From the NCBI RefSeq assembly GCF_964355755.1, contig NC_092674.1, positions 1,674,001 to 1,738,000 on the forward strand: a stretch of 64,000 bases of DNA. Direction: 5' to 3'. The notes under the pieces are model-generated. The model had not been told where the DNA came from. It saw only the letters and a list, made by a program, of their open reading frames with translations, and did no database searches. Both the position numbers and the translations under genes were made by a program. This DNA comes from Antedon mediterranea. Taxonomy: Eukaryota > Animalia > Echinodermata. Positions 22,591 to 57,400 of this stretch are shown piece after piece. Position 1 is the first letter of the stretch. Every line of letters begins with the position of its first letter.

Positions 22591-24720
22591 ATGAAATATA
22601 AATGTGAACACTGTGGAGATAAATTTGATTTCAGTGATTTGAAGTTACATTTAGGAATACATACACAGTCTCAGACAGAAGAGTTCAACAAATGTTCACG
22701 CCGTGTATATACATTTTATAAAGATGATATCGACTTGCATGGGCAAACACCATATGAATGTGAACTGTGTGGTAAGGAATTCAACCAGAATGGGAAATTA
22801 AAAAGGCATTTGAGAACACACACAGGAGAGACACCATATGAATGTGAACATTGTGGGAAAAAATTTACCCAAAATGGAGCTTTGAAAATACATTTGAGAA
22901 TTCACACAGGAGAGACACCATATGAATGTGAACATTGTGGAAAGAAATTTACACAAAATGGGATATTGAAAATACATTTGAGAATTCACACAGGAGAGAC
23001 ACCATATGAATGTGAACATTGTGGAAAGAAATTTAGAAAAAGTGGGGATTTGAAAAGACATTTGAGAATACACACAGGAGAGACACCATATGAATGTGAG
23101 CATTGTGGGAAGAAATTCAAAGACAGTGGGCATTTAAAAGCACATTTGAGAATTCACACAGGAGAGACACCATATGAATGTGAACATTGTGGGAAGAAAT
23201 TTAGAATAAGTGGGAGTTTAAAAATGCATTTGAGAATACACACAGGAGAGACACCATATGAATGTGAACATTGTGGGAAGAAATTTAAACGAAATGCGAA
23301 TTTAAAAACACATTTGAAAATACATACAGGAGAGACACCATATGAATGTGAGCATTGTGGGAAGAAATTTAGAATAAGTGGGAGTTTGAAAATGCATTTG
23401 AAAATACACACAGGAGAGACACCATATGAATGTGAACATTGTGGGAAGAAATTTAAACAAAATGGGAATTTTAAAACACATTTGAAAATACACACAGGAG
23501 AGACACCATATGAATGTGAACATTGCGGAAAGAAATTTAGAACAAATGGGGAATTGAAAATGCATTTGAGAATACACACAGGAGAGACACCATATGAATG
23601 TGAACATTGTGGGAAGAAATTTAAACAAAATGGGAATTTCAAAACACATTTGAAAATACACACAGTAGAGACACCATATGAATGTGGACATTGTGGGAAG
23701 AAATTCAAAAAGAGTGGGTATTTGAAAATGCATTTGATAAAACACAGAGGAGAAACACCATATGAATGTGATCATTGTGGAAAGAAATTTAAAAAGAGTG
23801 GGTATTTGAAAATGCATTTGAGAATACACACTGGAGAGACACCATATGAATGTGAACATTGTGGGAAGAAATTTAAAAAGAATGGGCATTTAAAAAAACA
23901 TTTGAGAATACACACAGAAGAGACACCATATGAATGTGCACATTGTGGGAAGAAATTTAGAAAACGTGGGGATTTGAAAATGCATTTGATAATACACACA
24001 GGAGAGACACCATATGAATGTGAACACTGTGGGAAGAAATTTAAACAAAATGGAAATTTGAAAATGCATTTGAGAATACACACAGGAGAGACACCATATC
24101 AATGCGAAAATTGTGGGAAGAAATTTAAACAAAACGGGGATTTGAAAACGCATTTGAGAATACACACAGGAGAGACACCATATGAATGTGAACATTGTGG
24201 GAAGAAATTTAAACAAAATGGGACTTTGAAAACACATTTGAGAATACACACAGGAAAGACATCATATGAATGTGAACATTGTGGGAAGAAATTCAAAAAG
24301 AGTGGGTATTTGAAAATGCATTTGATAATACACACAGGAGAGACACCATATGAATGTGAACATTGTGGGAAGAAATTTAGAAGAAGTGGGGAATTGAAAA
24401 CACATTTGAGAATACACACAGGAAAGACATCATATGAATGTGAACATTGTGGGAAGAAATTTAGAAGAAGTGGGGAATTGAAAATGCATTTGAGAATACA
24501 CACAGGAGAGACACCATATGAATGTGAACATTGTGGGAAGAAATTTAAACAAAATGGGACTTTAAAAACACATTTGAGAATACACACAGGAAAGACATCA
24601 TATGAATGTGAACATTGTGGGAAGAAATTCAAAAAGAGTGGGTATTTGAAAATGCATTTGATAATACACACAGGAGAGACATCACATGATTTTGTACCAA
24701 ATGTTTTAATAGATGTTTAA
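22591..24720 (+). CDS. Tandem C2H2 zinc-finger array protein (ZF-B): 709 aa, 23 array fingers plus an N-terminal degenerate finger
   Basis: Uninterrupted single-exon ORF of 84-bp units with HTGETPYECEHCGKKF linkers. No KRAB, SET or BTB domain is visible in the ORF. Confidence 0.9.
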   Translation: MKYKCEHCGDKFDFSDLKLHLGIHTQSQTEEFNKCSRRVYTFYKDDIDLHGQTPYECELCGKEFNQNGKLKRHLRTHTGETPYECEHCGKKFTQNGALKIHLRIHTGETPYECEHCGKKFTQNGILKIHLRIHTGETPYECEHCGKKFRKSGDLKRHLRIHTGETPYECEHCGKKFKDSGHLKAHLRIHTGETPYECEHCGKKFRISGSLKMHLRIHTGETPYECEHCGKKFKRNANLKTHLKIHTGETPYECEHCGKKFRISGSLKMHLKIHTGETPYECEHCGKKFKQNGNFKTHLKIHTGETPYECEHCGKKFRTNGELKMHLRIHTGETPYECEHCGKKFKQNGNFKTHLKIHTVETPYECGHCGKKFKKSGYLKMHLIKHRGETPYECDHCGKKFKKSGYLKMHLRIHTGETPYECEHCGKKFKKNGHLKKHLRIHTEETPYECAHCGKKFRKRGDLKMHLIIHTGETPYECEHCGKKFKQNGNLKMHLRIHTGETPYQCENCGKKFKQNGDLKTHLRIHTGETPYECEHCGKKFKQNGTLKTHLRIHTGKTSYECEHCGKKFKKSGYLKMHLIIHTGETPYECEHCGKKFRRSGELKTHLRIHTGKTSYECEHCGKKFRRSGELKMHLRIHTGETPYECEHCGKKFKQNGTLKTHLRIHTGKTSYECEHCGKKFKKSGYLKMHLIIHTGETSHDFVPNVLIDV

Positions 24721-25201
24721 AAAAATACCAAGTTTACTGTACAATAATATATACAACACACATAGAAGGAATTACTGATAGCAGCCATGTTATTTCTTTA
24801 ACAGTTAATAAATAATTTGCATATTTATTATTACAATATTTGTTTTCATAATTCTGGAATTATGATAACCTGGTCAATTACTTAAAACGTGCAGACAAAT
24901 TACCCCCTGGACAACTACCACACAGAAAACTGGACAACTACACCCAGGGCAACTTATCCCCTGGTGATGGCTATCCAAATAGAGTAGTTTTGTCTTCAGT
25001 GCTTGCTTAAATAGTTTAGTAGTCTGTTTTTAAAATGTTCATTATATACCTTGGTGATTTACTTTTAATCATTAGAAATGGGTATTTTTTTAAACATGTA
25101 ATCATTAAAACTAACATAAAGTAACTCATCTTTGCACTAGTTTTAACAAATAAAAGCAAAATAATATTGTTAACATAATAAAATTATTAATAAGCAAAAT
25201 T

Positions 25202-25571
25202 CTTTAGTGTACATTGATCTATGTAACACATAGCAATATATGATGTACAGTATGGTGGCTATTTGAGGGGAATACCTTTAGTGTACATTGATCTATGTAA
25301 CACATAGCAATATATGATGTACAGTATGGTGGCTATGTGAGGGGAATACCTTTAGTGTACATTGATCTATGTAACACATAGCAATATATGATGTACAGTA
25401 TGGTGGCTATGTGAGTGGAATACCTTTAGTGTACATTGATCTATGTAACACATAGCAATATATGATGTACAGTATGGTGGCTATGTGAGGGGAATACCTT
25501 TAGTGTACATTGATCTATGTAACACATAGCAATATATGATGTACAGTATGGTGGCTATGTGAGGGGAATAC
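25202..25571. repeat. 74-bp tandem repeat, 5 copies
   Basis: Unit ctttagtgtacattgatctatgtaacacatagcaatatatgatgtacagtatggtggctatgtgaggggaatac, lying between the convergent ZF-B and ABCC4 stop codons. Confidence 0.95.
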
Positions 25572-25762
25572 TGAAAATGGTTGTACAATAACTGAAATAT
25601 CGTAAATACACTTGCGTGTCAGCTTTTTTATATTGAATGCAGAAAACAACACATACATAACAATTCAGTTATCTTTACAATTCAAGAGAAAATGTGGGAA
25701 TTCGGGAGCACGATGTTAGGCCAGGAGACGAGTCTAAATACGGGAGTATCAGTACAATAGTA

Positions 25763-49233
<23,471 letters not shown>

Positions 49234-49419
49234 CCTGCTGGTTTGTGGTGGCTCGCTTTCAGTTCATTCAGAGATGGACACTCTGGGCTTGAAAAACATT
49301 CTGAAAAACGACACTTCTTCTAACATAATAAGACCACTTATTCTACCCTACATGTAGGCCTAGCCTAGTACAGTCTTCTACAATCTAAAAACTTTAATTT
49401 ATTTGACAATTAATTTACC

Positions 49420-49550
49420 ATGCTTTAAACTAGAACCCAGTAATATTTTGGTTTCTCTTTTTCCTTCCTCCTTCTCGCCTGAATACCCAAACTAAACGTC
49501 GCGCGATATATACTTGGAATACTACCGATACACAAAAACACCACCGCCAG
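49420..49550. promoter_or_regulatory. Putative compact bidirectional promoter for ABCC4 and SMCO4
   Basis: A minus-strand donor at 49417-8 and a plus-strand donor at 49551 face away from a central CpG palindrome, TCGCGCGA (49499-49506). Confidence 0.5.
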
Positions 49551-49969
49551 GTAATTACATAAGGTGTAGAGGGCGCGATAACTGCTGTGATTATTATATT
49601 CTTTGGTATTATGGATGGGGATTCGGTAAGTTTCATTGTATTTTGGTAGAAGTACTCATCTCGGGGATTATTAATTGAAAGAGCTCTTTTCGGTAAGTAG
49701 TTTTAAAATTGTGTTTAATTTTGATTTTGTTAAATTAATTATTATTATTATCTCGTGTATTTTAACATGTTTCATTGCAATGATATATTTTAAAATATTA
49801 TTTTTCAAAATTTACATTAGTTAGGGTTACGTTTTGTTTAAGCTTTATATTAGGCATGGATTTTCAAATAATAAATAATCAATTAAACAATATACCATAT
49901 TTTATACATCCTAAATTTCGTCAAACAGTAAACATATTAATATGGAAACATTTCTTTTTAGTTAGAGGA

Positions 49970-50149
49970 ATGGCTGTAAGAACAAGAAAAATGAAATCAA
50001 AAACAAAAGAGACACGGAAAGCAAAACGGGAAAGAAAGTTGGACAATTTGCAAAATAAGGACAATGTTTTGCGAGTAGTCTTACCAGCATGTGTTATTTT
50101 TTGGACTATATTAACTATATTAGTCTACCTAAGAACAAGACGTTTTTAG
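49970..50149 (+). CDS. SMCO4: Single-pass membrane and coiled-coil domain protein 4, 59 aa
   Basis: MAVRTRKMKSKTKETRKAKRERKLDNLQNKDNVLRVVLPACVIFWTILTILVYLRTRRF shows the SMCO4 pattern KET.K.K.ERK...VVLP plus a TM helix and VY..TR. A splice acceptor at about 49961 just before the ATG argues against the longer 49856 start. Confidence 0.85.
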   Translation: MAVRTRKMKSKTKETRKAKRERKLDNLQNKDNVLRVVLPACVIFWTILTILVYLRTRRF

Positions 50150-51124
50150 TACACAGATGGGCATATCGACCCATTCATTATATTTTTTAGCGAATTTAAA
50201 AACGCACCAAGGAAATGCAATGTCAGATATCTCCGAGTACTACACCGTTTTCATATAAAATGGGATGGAATAAGTTACGAAGAATGGAAGGCAAAATCAC
50301 AGCAGTAGATCACTGGAAAAACTATCAAATAAGTTTGAATCTTAGTTGAAGACAGCAAAAGACGCAACAGGATTACTGTATCTAAACTATTTATCTTTTT
50401 TAATTTTCAATAACAATTTATTTCAAATTTAAAAGAAAAAATAACTTAGGACGTATAATTGTAAATAACTGTTGAAATCGCGCCCAGGGCACATCAATTG
50501 CAGTGTGTTACAGGTACAACGAATGGCATTATGTTAATAATTGACTATTTCAAACAAACGCTGGTGGTCGTCCGCTGTACGTGGTGTGGATGATGCAGTC
50601 TACGTGGCGGCGCGGCCGGTTGTTGTGTATTCACGTTTCTTGATTCGTACGTACGTGCGCGTTGCCGCATTAAATACGCGCGCGTATTTCACACAAACAA
50701 CATACGTCAAAAGTGTGTGTGTGCGCCGCCGAGGTTGTGCGTACGACGTCATAAGCCGCTTCAACGACGATTATTTGAACGATGTCACGGATAATTATGC
50801 AACGTTTTCTCGTACAAGAGATTACCACACGAAAGATAAAAAAAACACGTGACTACAGAAGAATATAAATACAGTAGTACAATGAATCGTAATTTATTCA
50901 TCTCGACAACATTTTAATTAATTATTTTTTAATTTACAAAGTGAAAAACTGAAATAAAAAAAGTATTCATTAGCTACAATCACAATTAACTACAGTACTT
51001 TACATATATACAACTGTTTTTATTTATATTACTGTATTTTACTTTATTACATACATTATTGTGATGAGGTTATATTTCTGGATTTTGAAATGTTATACAT
51101 TTAAAAGTAAATTAATTAAAGGAA

Positions 51125-51430
51125 TGTCAAAGGTCACCAAGACCTGGATTATTATCAATATCCTAAGTTATAAGGTCACGGACACCTAGATCGTTATCGT
51201 CCTAGGTTAAAGGTCATGGACACCTAGATTATCATCATCATAGGTTAAAGGTCTCAGATACCTAGCTTATCATCATCCTAGGTTAAAGGTCACTGAGACC
51301 TAGATCATCATCATCCTAGGTTAAAGGTCACAGACACCTAGCTTATCATCATCCTAGGTTAAAGGTCACAGACACCTAGCTTATCATCATCCTAGGTTAA
51401 AGGTCACTGAGACCTAGATCATCATCGTCA
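51125..51430. repeat. 38-bp tandem repeat, 8 copies, derived from the last codons and stop of DZIP1
   Basis: Minus-strand unit GATGATGAT(GAT/AAG)CTAGGT(C/G)TC(A/T)GTGACCTTTAACCTAG. The first unit is the coding end DDDDLGLSDL*. Confidence 0.9.
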
Positions 51431-54400
51431 TCATCGTCCCAGTCCGTGACCGACACTAACGAACTCTTGGCCGTACTGCCTTCACCGTGTGTACTAACTT
51501 TATCTCCACCTGAAAAAAAAAAGCATTTCAATTGGTGACGTCTGTAGTAACACAGTTATTTGATGTCAAAGGGACACTTGCGTTTAATAAAACTACATCT
51601 GTGTTGTTTACCTGTGTTCTCAATTAATCATTTGTAATTACTCACTTATATCTTTGTTTATCTGTTTAAAAATTATAATTTTAGACTCACCTTTTGAAGA
51701 TGATCCCCACATGCTTGTACCAAATGTGTTACTGGAAATATCTGTATCTCCCATCTGCTTCTTTCCACCATTGAATTGCCCTGTTCTAGGCCTAGAAAAT
51801 AAGACATGTAAACGAATAAAAAACACAAAATAAATGACACAAAGAAATAAAATAAACAAAGGCAAAAGAAAGAAAAAAACTGGTTTTGAAAAAAAATAGA
51901 GAAAAAATATACAGCAAAAGATAGAATCCAGTGACTCAAAATTTACAAAATTAGATTGAATAAACTTACGCTGCTTGTGGTTTTGATTTTGGAACAACCT
52001 TTTCACTTTCCTCAATGGAAGAAAGCAGAAAGCTATCCTCATCGTCACTATCAAACTTATCAGGTATCGTCTACAAATTATGAACATATTTGAAATGGTA
52101 AAAATAAATGTATTTGTAAGCATTGTAGTTTTCTAGGAATGTAGATCTGTAGGTAGTTCAGGTAAGCCTAGGTTCGCTTAACCGGCATAAATTTTCGTGC
52201 TAGAAAAGCGAGAACCAGCCAAAAAAATTCCAAATTTTACCGCTTTAAATTGCCATTTATTGACGGATGATATTTTTGGTTTTATATATTTTGGCAAATT
52301 TCCAAGGATAACCATAAGCAAATTCATTCACTATCCTTCTTAAAGGTGGCAATCCTATTCACAAGACAAACATACACAAGATGCTGTACATAAACAAAGT
52401 TTTATTACAAGTCTTTGGGAGTGGAGTTGCAAATTGTTATTAGAAAAAATCCTGACAGGACTTGAACCTATGACATTTCACTCCCCCACATCTAGTGCTA
52501 AACAAAGTTCACGTTTCTATTACTTACTGGTATTTGTGGTGATGGTGTTCTACTTGCATCTCCTGTAACTGGTGGTCCGAGTCGGTCTGCACCGGCCGTT
52601 CCACTCATATCAACTCCTCCTACTGGCTTTGTGTTGCCTTTTCGTCCACTCAATTGGAACTCTATACTTCTAGCTAGTTGATTGACATTTTGACCTCTCT
52701 TTAAGATAAATAATATTTTGTTGTATTATGGTGGTATATAGAATTACCAAAGATTACCAAAATAGAACAATCCAACCACACAACATACATTCTTTTAAAC
52801 CGATGCTGTTTTAAACAAGTGAGTTTTAGATGAATGACCACAAAATAAAAAAAAATGATAACTGATTTTATGAATGAATTAAGTAGTTTACTTTCACAAA
52901 GTTTGCTGTATTCTGTCCCCCAGTGTCACTTAAACTATCCAATGTCAAGTCAGGTGACTAATGAATATTCATGCAATTAAAATTATAACCAATTAGATTA
53001 ATGTGAATGGTATGAAATGCAGGTTAAAAAAATAATAAGGTTTTTGTTAAGTAAGTACTGTAAGTACAAGAAGTGCTTAACATTTAATATTATTGCAGTG
53101 AACTACGACCTATGTCATTGGTTGACCTAGAATCAACGAAAACTGTGTCATGGAATCGAGCGCGTGAGTGAGAAAGCATGTCACAATGTCCTTGCATACA
53201 TAATCGCACATGATGTAAATAGTTCTTAGATATTAAAAATCAAAAGATACTTTAATATTTACCTGAATAAATTGTGGTGAGGGACTCTGTCTGACAGCTG
53301 ACTTAGGCCTAGATTTACCCCCAACGGTCTCTGTCTTACTTGGACTTATTTCATTCAGTTCACTGACCTCGTCTGAATCCCAATCATCACCATCCATCGA
53401 TGTTATCTTGTCCTCGTCCTCACTGGGGGAAAACAATTCAGAAATGCTTTGTTTGTTTATTTGTTTTATTGTTTCTCAGCACGCACACATAACATTTACA
53501 GAATTAAAAAAAACAAAATTACACTAGTAAAAAAAAGGTGTGCAAAAGGAGGCCAAAATAAGCTTGGAGACAAACTTTAAGTCATGGCCACCAGATTAAA
53601 ATAAAAAAAATAAATAAATAAAATATTGAAGGTATAGTAGTTCAGTTTACAAGAACAACATTTAATTTTACTATGAAAATCAGAATCGCTAACACTCAAA
53701 TTATAACAATTAAACAACTAAAAAATAAAAGATAACAAACAAAATACCTTGAAAAACTTTCTTCTAACACTCTTCTGTCCTGTGGAACGCTGTTGCTACC
53801 GCCTACATCTGATGTACGGGGAGCAACGGGTGGAGGCTGCATACTCCTAGAAACAACAGGGGGTGCTGTGTGTTTTGTCTTTGGCACCCCATACATGCCA
53901 TGGCTGTCTAAAGGCTTTGTTCTTGGTAGTGAAGCTGTGTTGGATAGTCTTGGATTATATTTGGCAATTGGAGATGGCGATCTTGGGGGCAGACTAACAG
54001 CTGTACAGTAAAAACAATTTGTTTATTCAATAAACATTCTCCACACATATTATATTAAAAATAATTATTATATTAACACGTTCATTAGAAATTTAAAAAA
54101 GCATGCATGGAAGGAAACCTATATAATATTTTCCAAACACAAAAAAAAAATTTTTTTTTATACACAAAACGATCGTTTAATAGTGCATACTATTTCACGC
54201 CATGTGACCCCCAATCGTCCAATCAAATGACAGGAATTTATTTAGGTGTTACATAATAATTAATAAAACATAGTATATGTGGAAAGAAACAATGTCAACA
54301 TTTAACGTTTTAAAAAGTAAAAAAGACGTACTTGATTTAGGTCTGCTCATTGAAGATTTCTTTCCTTTTCTTTGATTTTTCGTCATTTCATCTAATTCTC

Positions 54401-57400
54401 GTCGACACTTTTCACGGATGTCGTAGAACTTTGGATATTTTTTTGCAAGTTGCTGTCTTTCTCGTTTTAAGTTTTGTAGTTTATTTTCTAATGAATGTGA
54501 GGAAATTCCCTCAACATTCTGAAGTAATGGAATAAATAAAATGAGAAATCAATGTAAACTATTGCAATGAAGTCCTCTTCAGTGTTCGTTTGTGCAAAAG
54601 CACAATTTAATATACGGTCATGATATATATAAAATAATATTTAGGGTTGAAAATAAAACCGTTGACGGAAGAAGCTACCCTATATAAAGAATAAATAATA
54701 AAGAATACCTTGCCTACTCCTTTTTTCTGTAGATTTTTGGTAAGTTCGTTGTCGAGCGTTAACTTCATCCCATCAAGTATCCTCGTTCTGTTTGGATGTG
54801 AATCTATCAACAAATCAAAATTAATAATCAATTCCAAAATTAATTAGCTACTACATATTTTTAGTGAAAAAAAACCGTTAATTACAAATATAAAATAAAT
54901 TTTAATCAACAGAGCAAGCATATTAAAATAGTGTAAAATGAACAGAGACTTGAAGCAAATGTAGCAAGGATAACAACAAGTACAAATGCATAATTATAAG
55001 AGACAATTATTGAGAAACAAAATTAAAAAGTTATCTCAGATACAAAATGTATATTAATATTATGATATCAATATTATTATTAGATCAATTTTGTTATGAT
55101 ATCAATATTGTTTTTAATATGTTTATTATGATATCAACATTTTTTTTCTGATATCAATGTTTTTTAACATATCAATATTGTTGTTATGATATCAACATTT
55201 TTTTTAATACGTTTATTAAGATATAAGTTTTCCTCTCATATCAATTTGTTGTTTATGATATTGTTATTATTATTATTATTTGTTGTTTATGATATTGTTA
55301 TTATTATATAAATGTTGTTAGTATAATCATTCTCATTCACCAACGAAAACATAATCTACCTAAAGTCATTCTTTGTTTTTTCTGTTGCAAAGAAACTGCT
55401 GTGCTCTCATCTTCTGAAGAAAAGCAGACAAAATACAGAAAACACAAACATTTAATACAAAATTATATACAAAAAATTAAAGAATGCAACAATAACAAGT
55501 AGGCTGGCATTTATCAATCTTTTGCTTAAGTCAAGATACTGTAAGTAAGTGCTTAAGTTAAAACTGGGGCTTTATTTATCAAACCAGGTTGTTTCATCAT
55601 ATGAAATGGACTTTGTCATTAAAGACTTAAAAAATAAACTTAAATTTACTTGAAATTAACTTAAGCAAAATCATTGACTTAAAACAAAGTTAAGATGATA
55701 GTTTTGCTAAGCATGAAAGAGAATTACAGTTCAATTGTAATTTAAATGTATTCTTAAAAGTCAATGAAAAAAAAGAAAATATATAAATTAGAGTCAGATA
55801 AATCTCCAGTTTCATAATACTTCACATAAACAAAAGAATGCTAACAGTGGTGTGTTACATACATTTAAAGTGGAAGAGGGATGGGGTGGGGGAGGAGTAG
55901 TAATATGTTAACAATGGACAGTGTAAATCCAAATAAATAAATAACATTGTTAAAACAATTTTACACTGTCAAGTTTTTCTGCACATGAATTGTAACAATA
56001 GTTTTTTAGCTCTAGCTCTCTACTAAAATAAAAAGATTTACAACCCAACACCATAAACAAAATAAATAAGAGGAAAGAAAGCAAAGCAAGAGTCTAGCTC
56101 TCCACTGAAATAAAAGAATTCACAATCCAACACCATAAACAAAATAATATATAAGAGGAAGGAAAGCAGAGACGCAAAAGTCTAGCTCTCCACTGAAATA
56201 AAAAGATTTACAACCCAACACCATAAACAAAATAATATATAAGAGGAAAGATAGCAAAGCAAGAGTCTAGCTCTCCACTGAAATAAAAAGATTTACAACC
56301 CAACACCATAAACAAAATAATATATAAGAGGAAAGAAAGCAGAGAAGCAAGAGTCTAGCTCTCCACTGAAATAAAAAGATTTACAACCCAACATCATAAA
56401 CAAAATAATATATAAGAGGAAAGAAAGCAGAGAAGCAAGAGTCTAGCTCTCCACTAAAATAAAAAGATTTACAACCCAACATCATAAACAAAATAATATA
56501 TAAGAGGAAAGATAGCAAAGCAAGAGTGTCTAGCTCTCCACTGAAATAAAAGAATTCACAATCCAACATCATAAACAAAATAATATATAAAAGGAAAGAA
56601 AGCAGAGAAGCAAGAGTCTAGCTCTCCACTGAAATAAAAAGATTTACAACCCAACACCATAAACAAAATAATATATAAGAGGAAAAAAGCAGAGAAGCAA
56701 GAGTCTAGCTCTCCACTGAAATAAAAAGATTTACAACCCAACACCATAAACAAAATAATATATAAGAGGAAAGAAAGCAGAGAAGCAAGAGTCTAGCTCT
56801 CCACTGAAATAAAAAGATTTACAACCCAACACCATAAACAAAATAATATATAAGAGGAAAAAAGCAGAGAAGCAAGGCAGGCAGAAGAAGACTTTACATA
56901 AGCAGCCTCACCATCTTCATCATCTTGGGTTGCAAGCATCGAATCTTCTAATGTGGTACCAAGCAATTCAGGGGAATCAAGCGCATCTTCCGCTGCTTTT
57001 AGTTTTAGGGTTTAAACATGTTTTCTGGTATTAATATATTTTAAAAAGCATTTTTTAAGTGTACGGTTGTACAGCATTATAAAGCTAGTTTGGAGAAGTC
57101 ATCAAAAACATCACTAAAGTTATGTTATTTTAGTTCAATAAAAAAATTAAAATTCAACATGTAATAATATATTTGGAATCAGATTAGCTTATTTATAATA
57201 TAATTTTATTCGTTTTTTTCAAAATATTTTCAAAATCAAACCTGCATTTAAGTAGCAAACAACATTTTTACAATCAAGATTTTTAACAAATAAATAAAAT
57301 TAATTATTTTTACCTGAATCATCATCATCCTCTGTCTCATCTTCTGTTTCACTTGGCGCTTGAGTGTTGATGACTGGAGGTGGTGATAGAGTATGCCTTT

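Noticed and set aside
9453-24720. Naming the zinc-finger genes PRDM9
   Set aside because: No KRAB, SSXRD or PR/SET exon is recognisable nearby. Only the pattern of array evolution is similar.
49856-49969. N-terminal extension of SMCO4 given by the ORF track (97 aa)
   Set aside because: AT-rich intron-like sequence ending in an acceptor at about 49961. Family similarity starts at the ATG at 49970.
50541-50852. 103-aa ORF in the CpG-rich island
   Set aside because: No ATG start and no family motif. The open frame is explained by high GC content.
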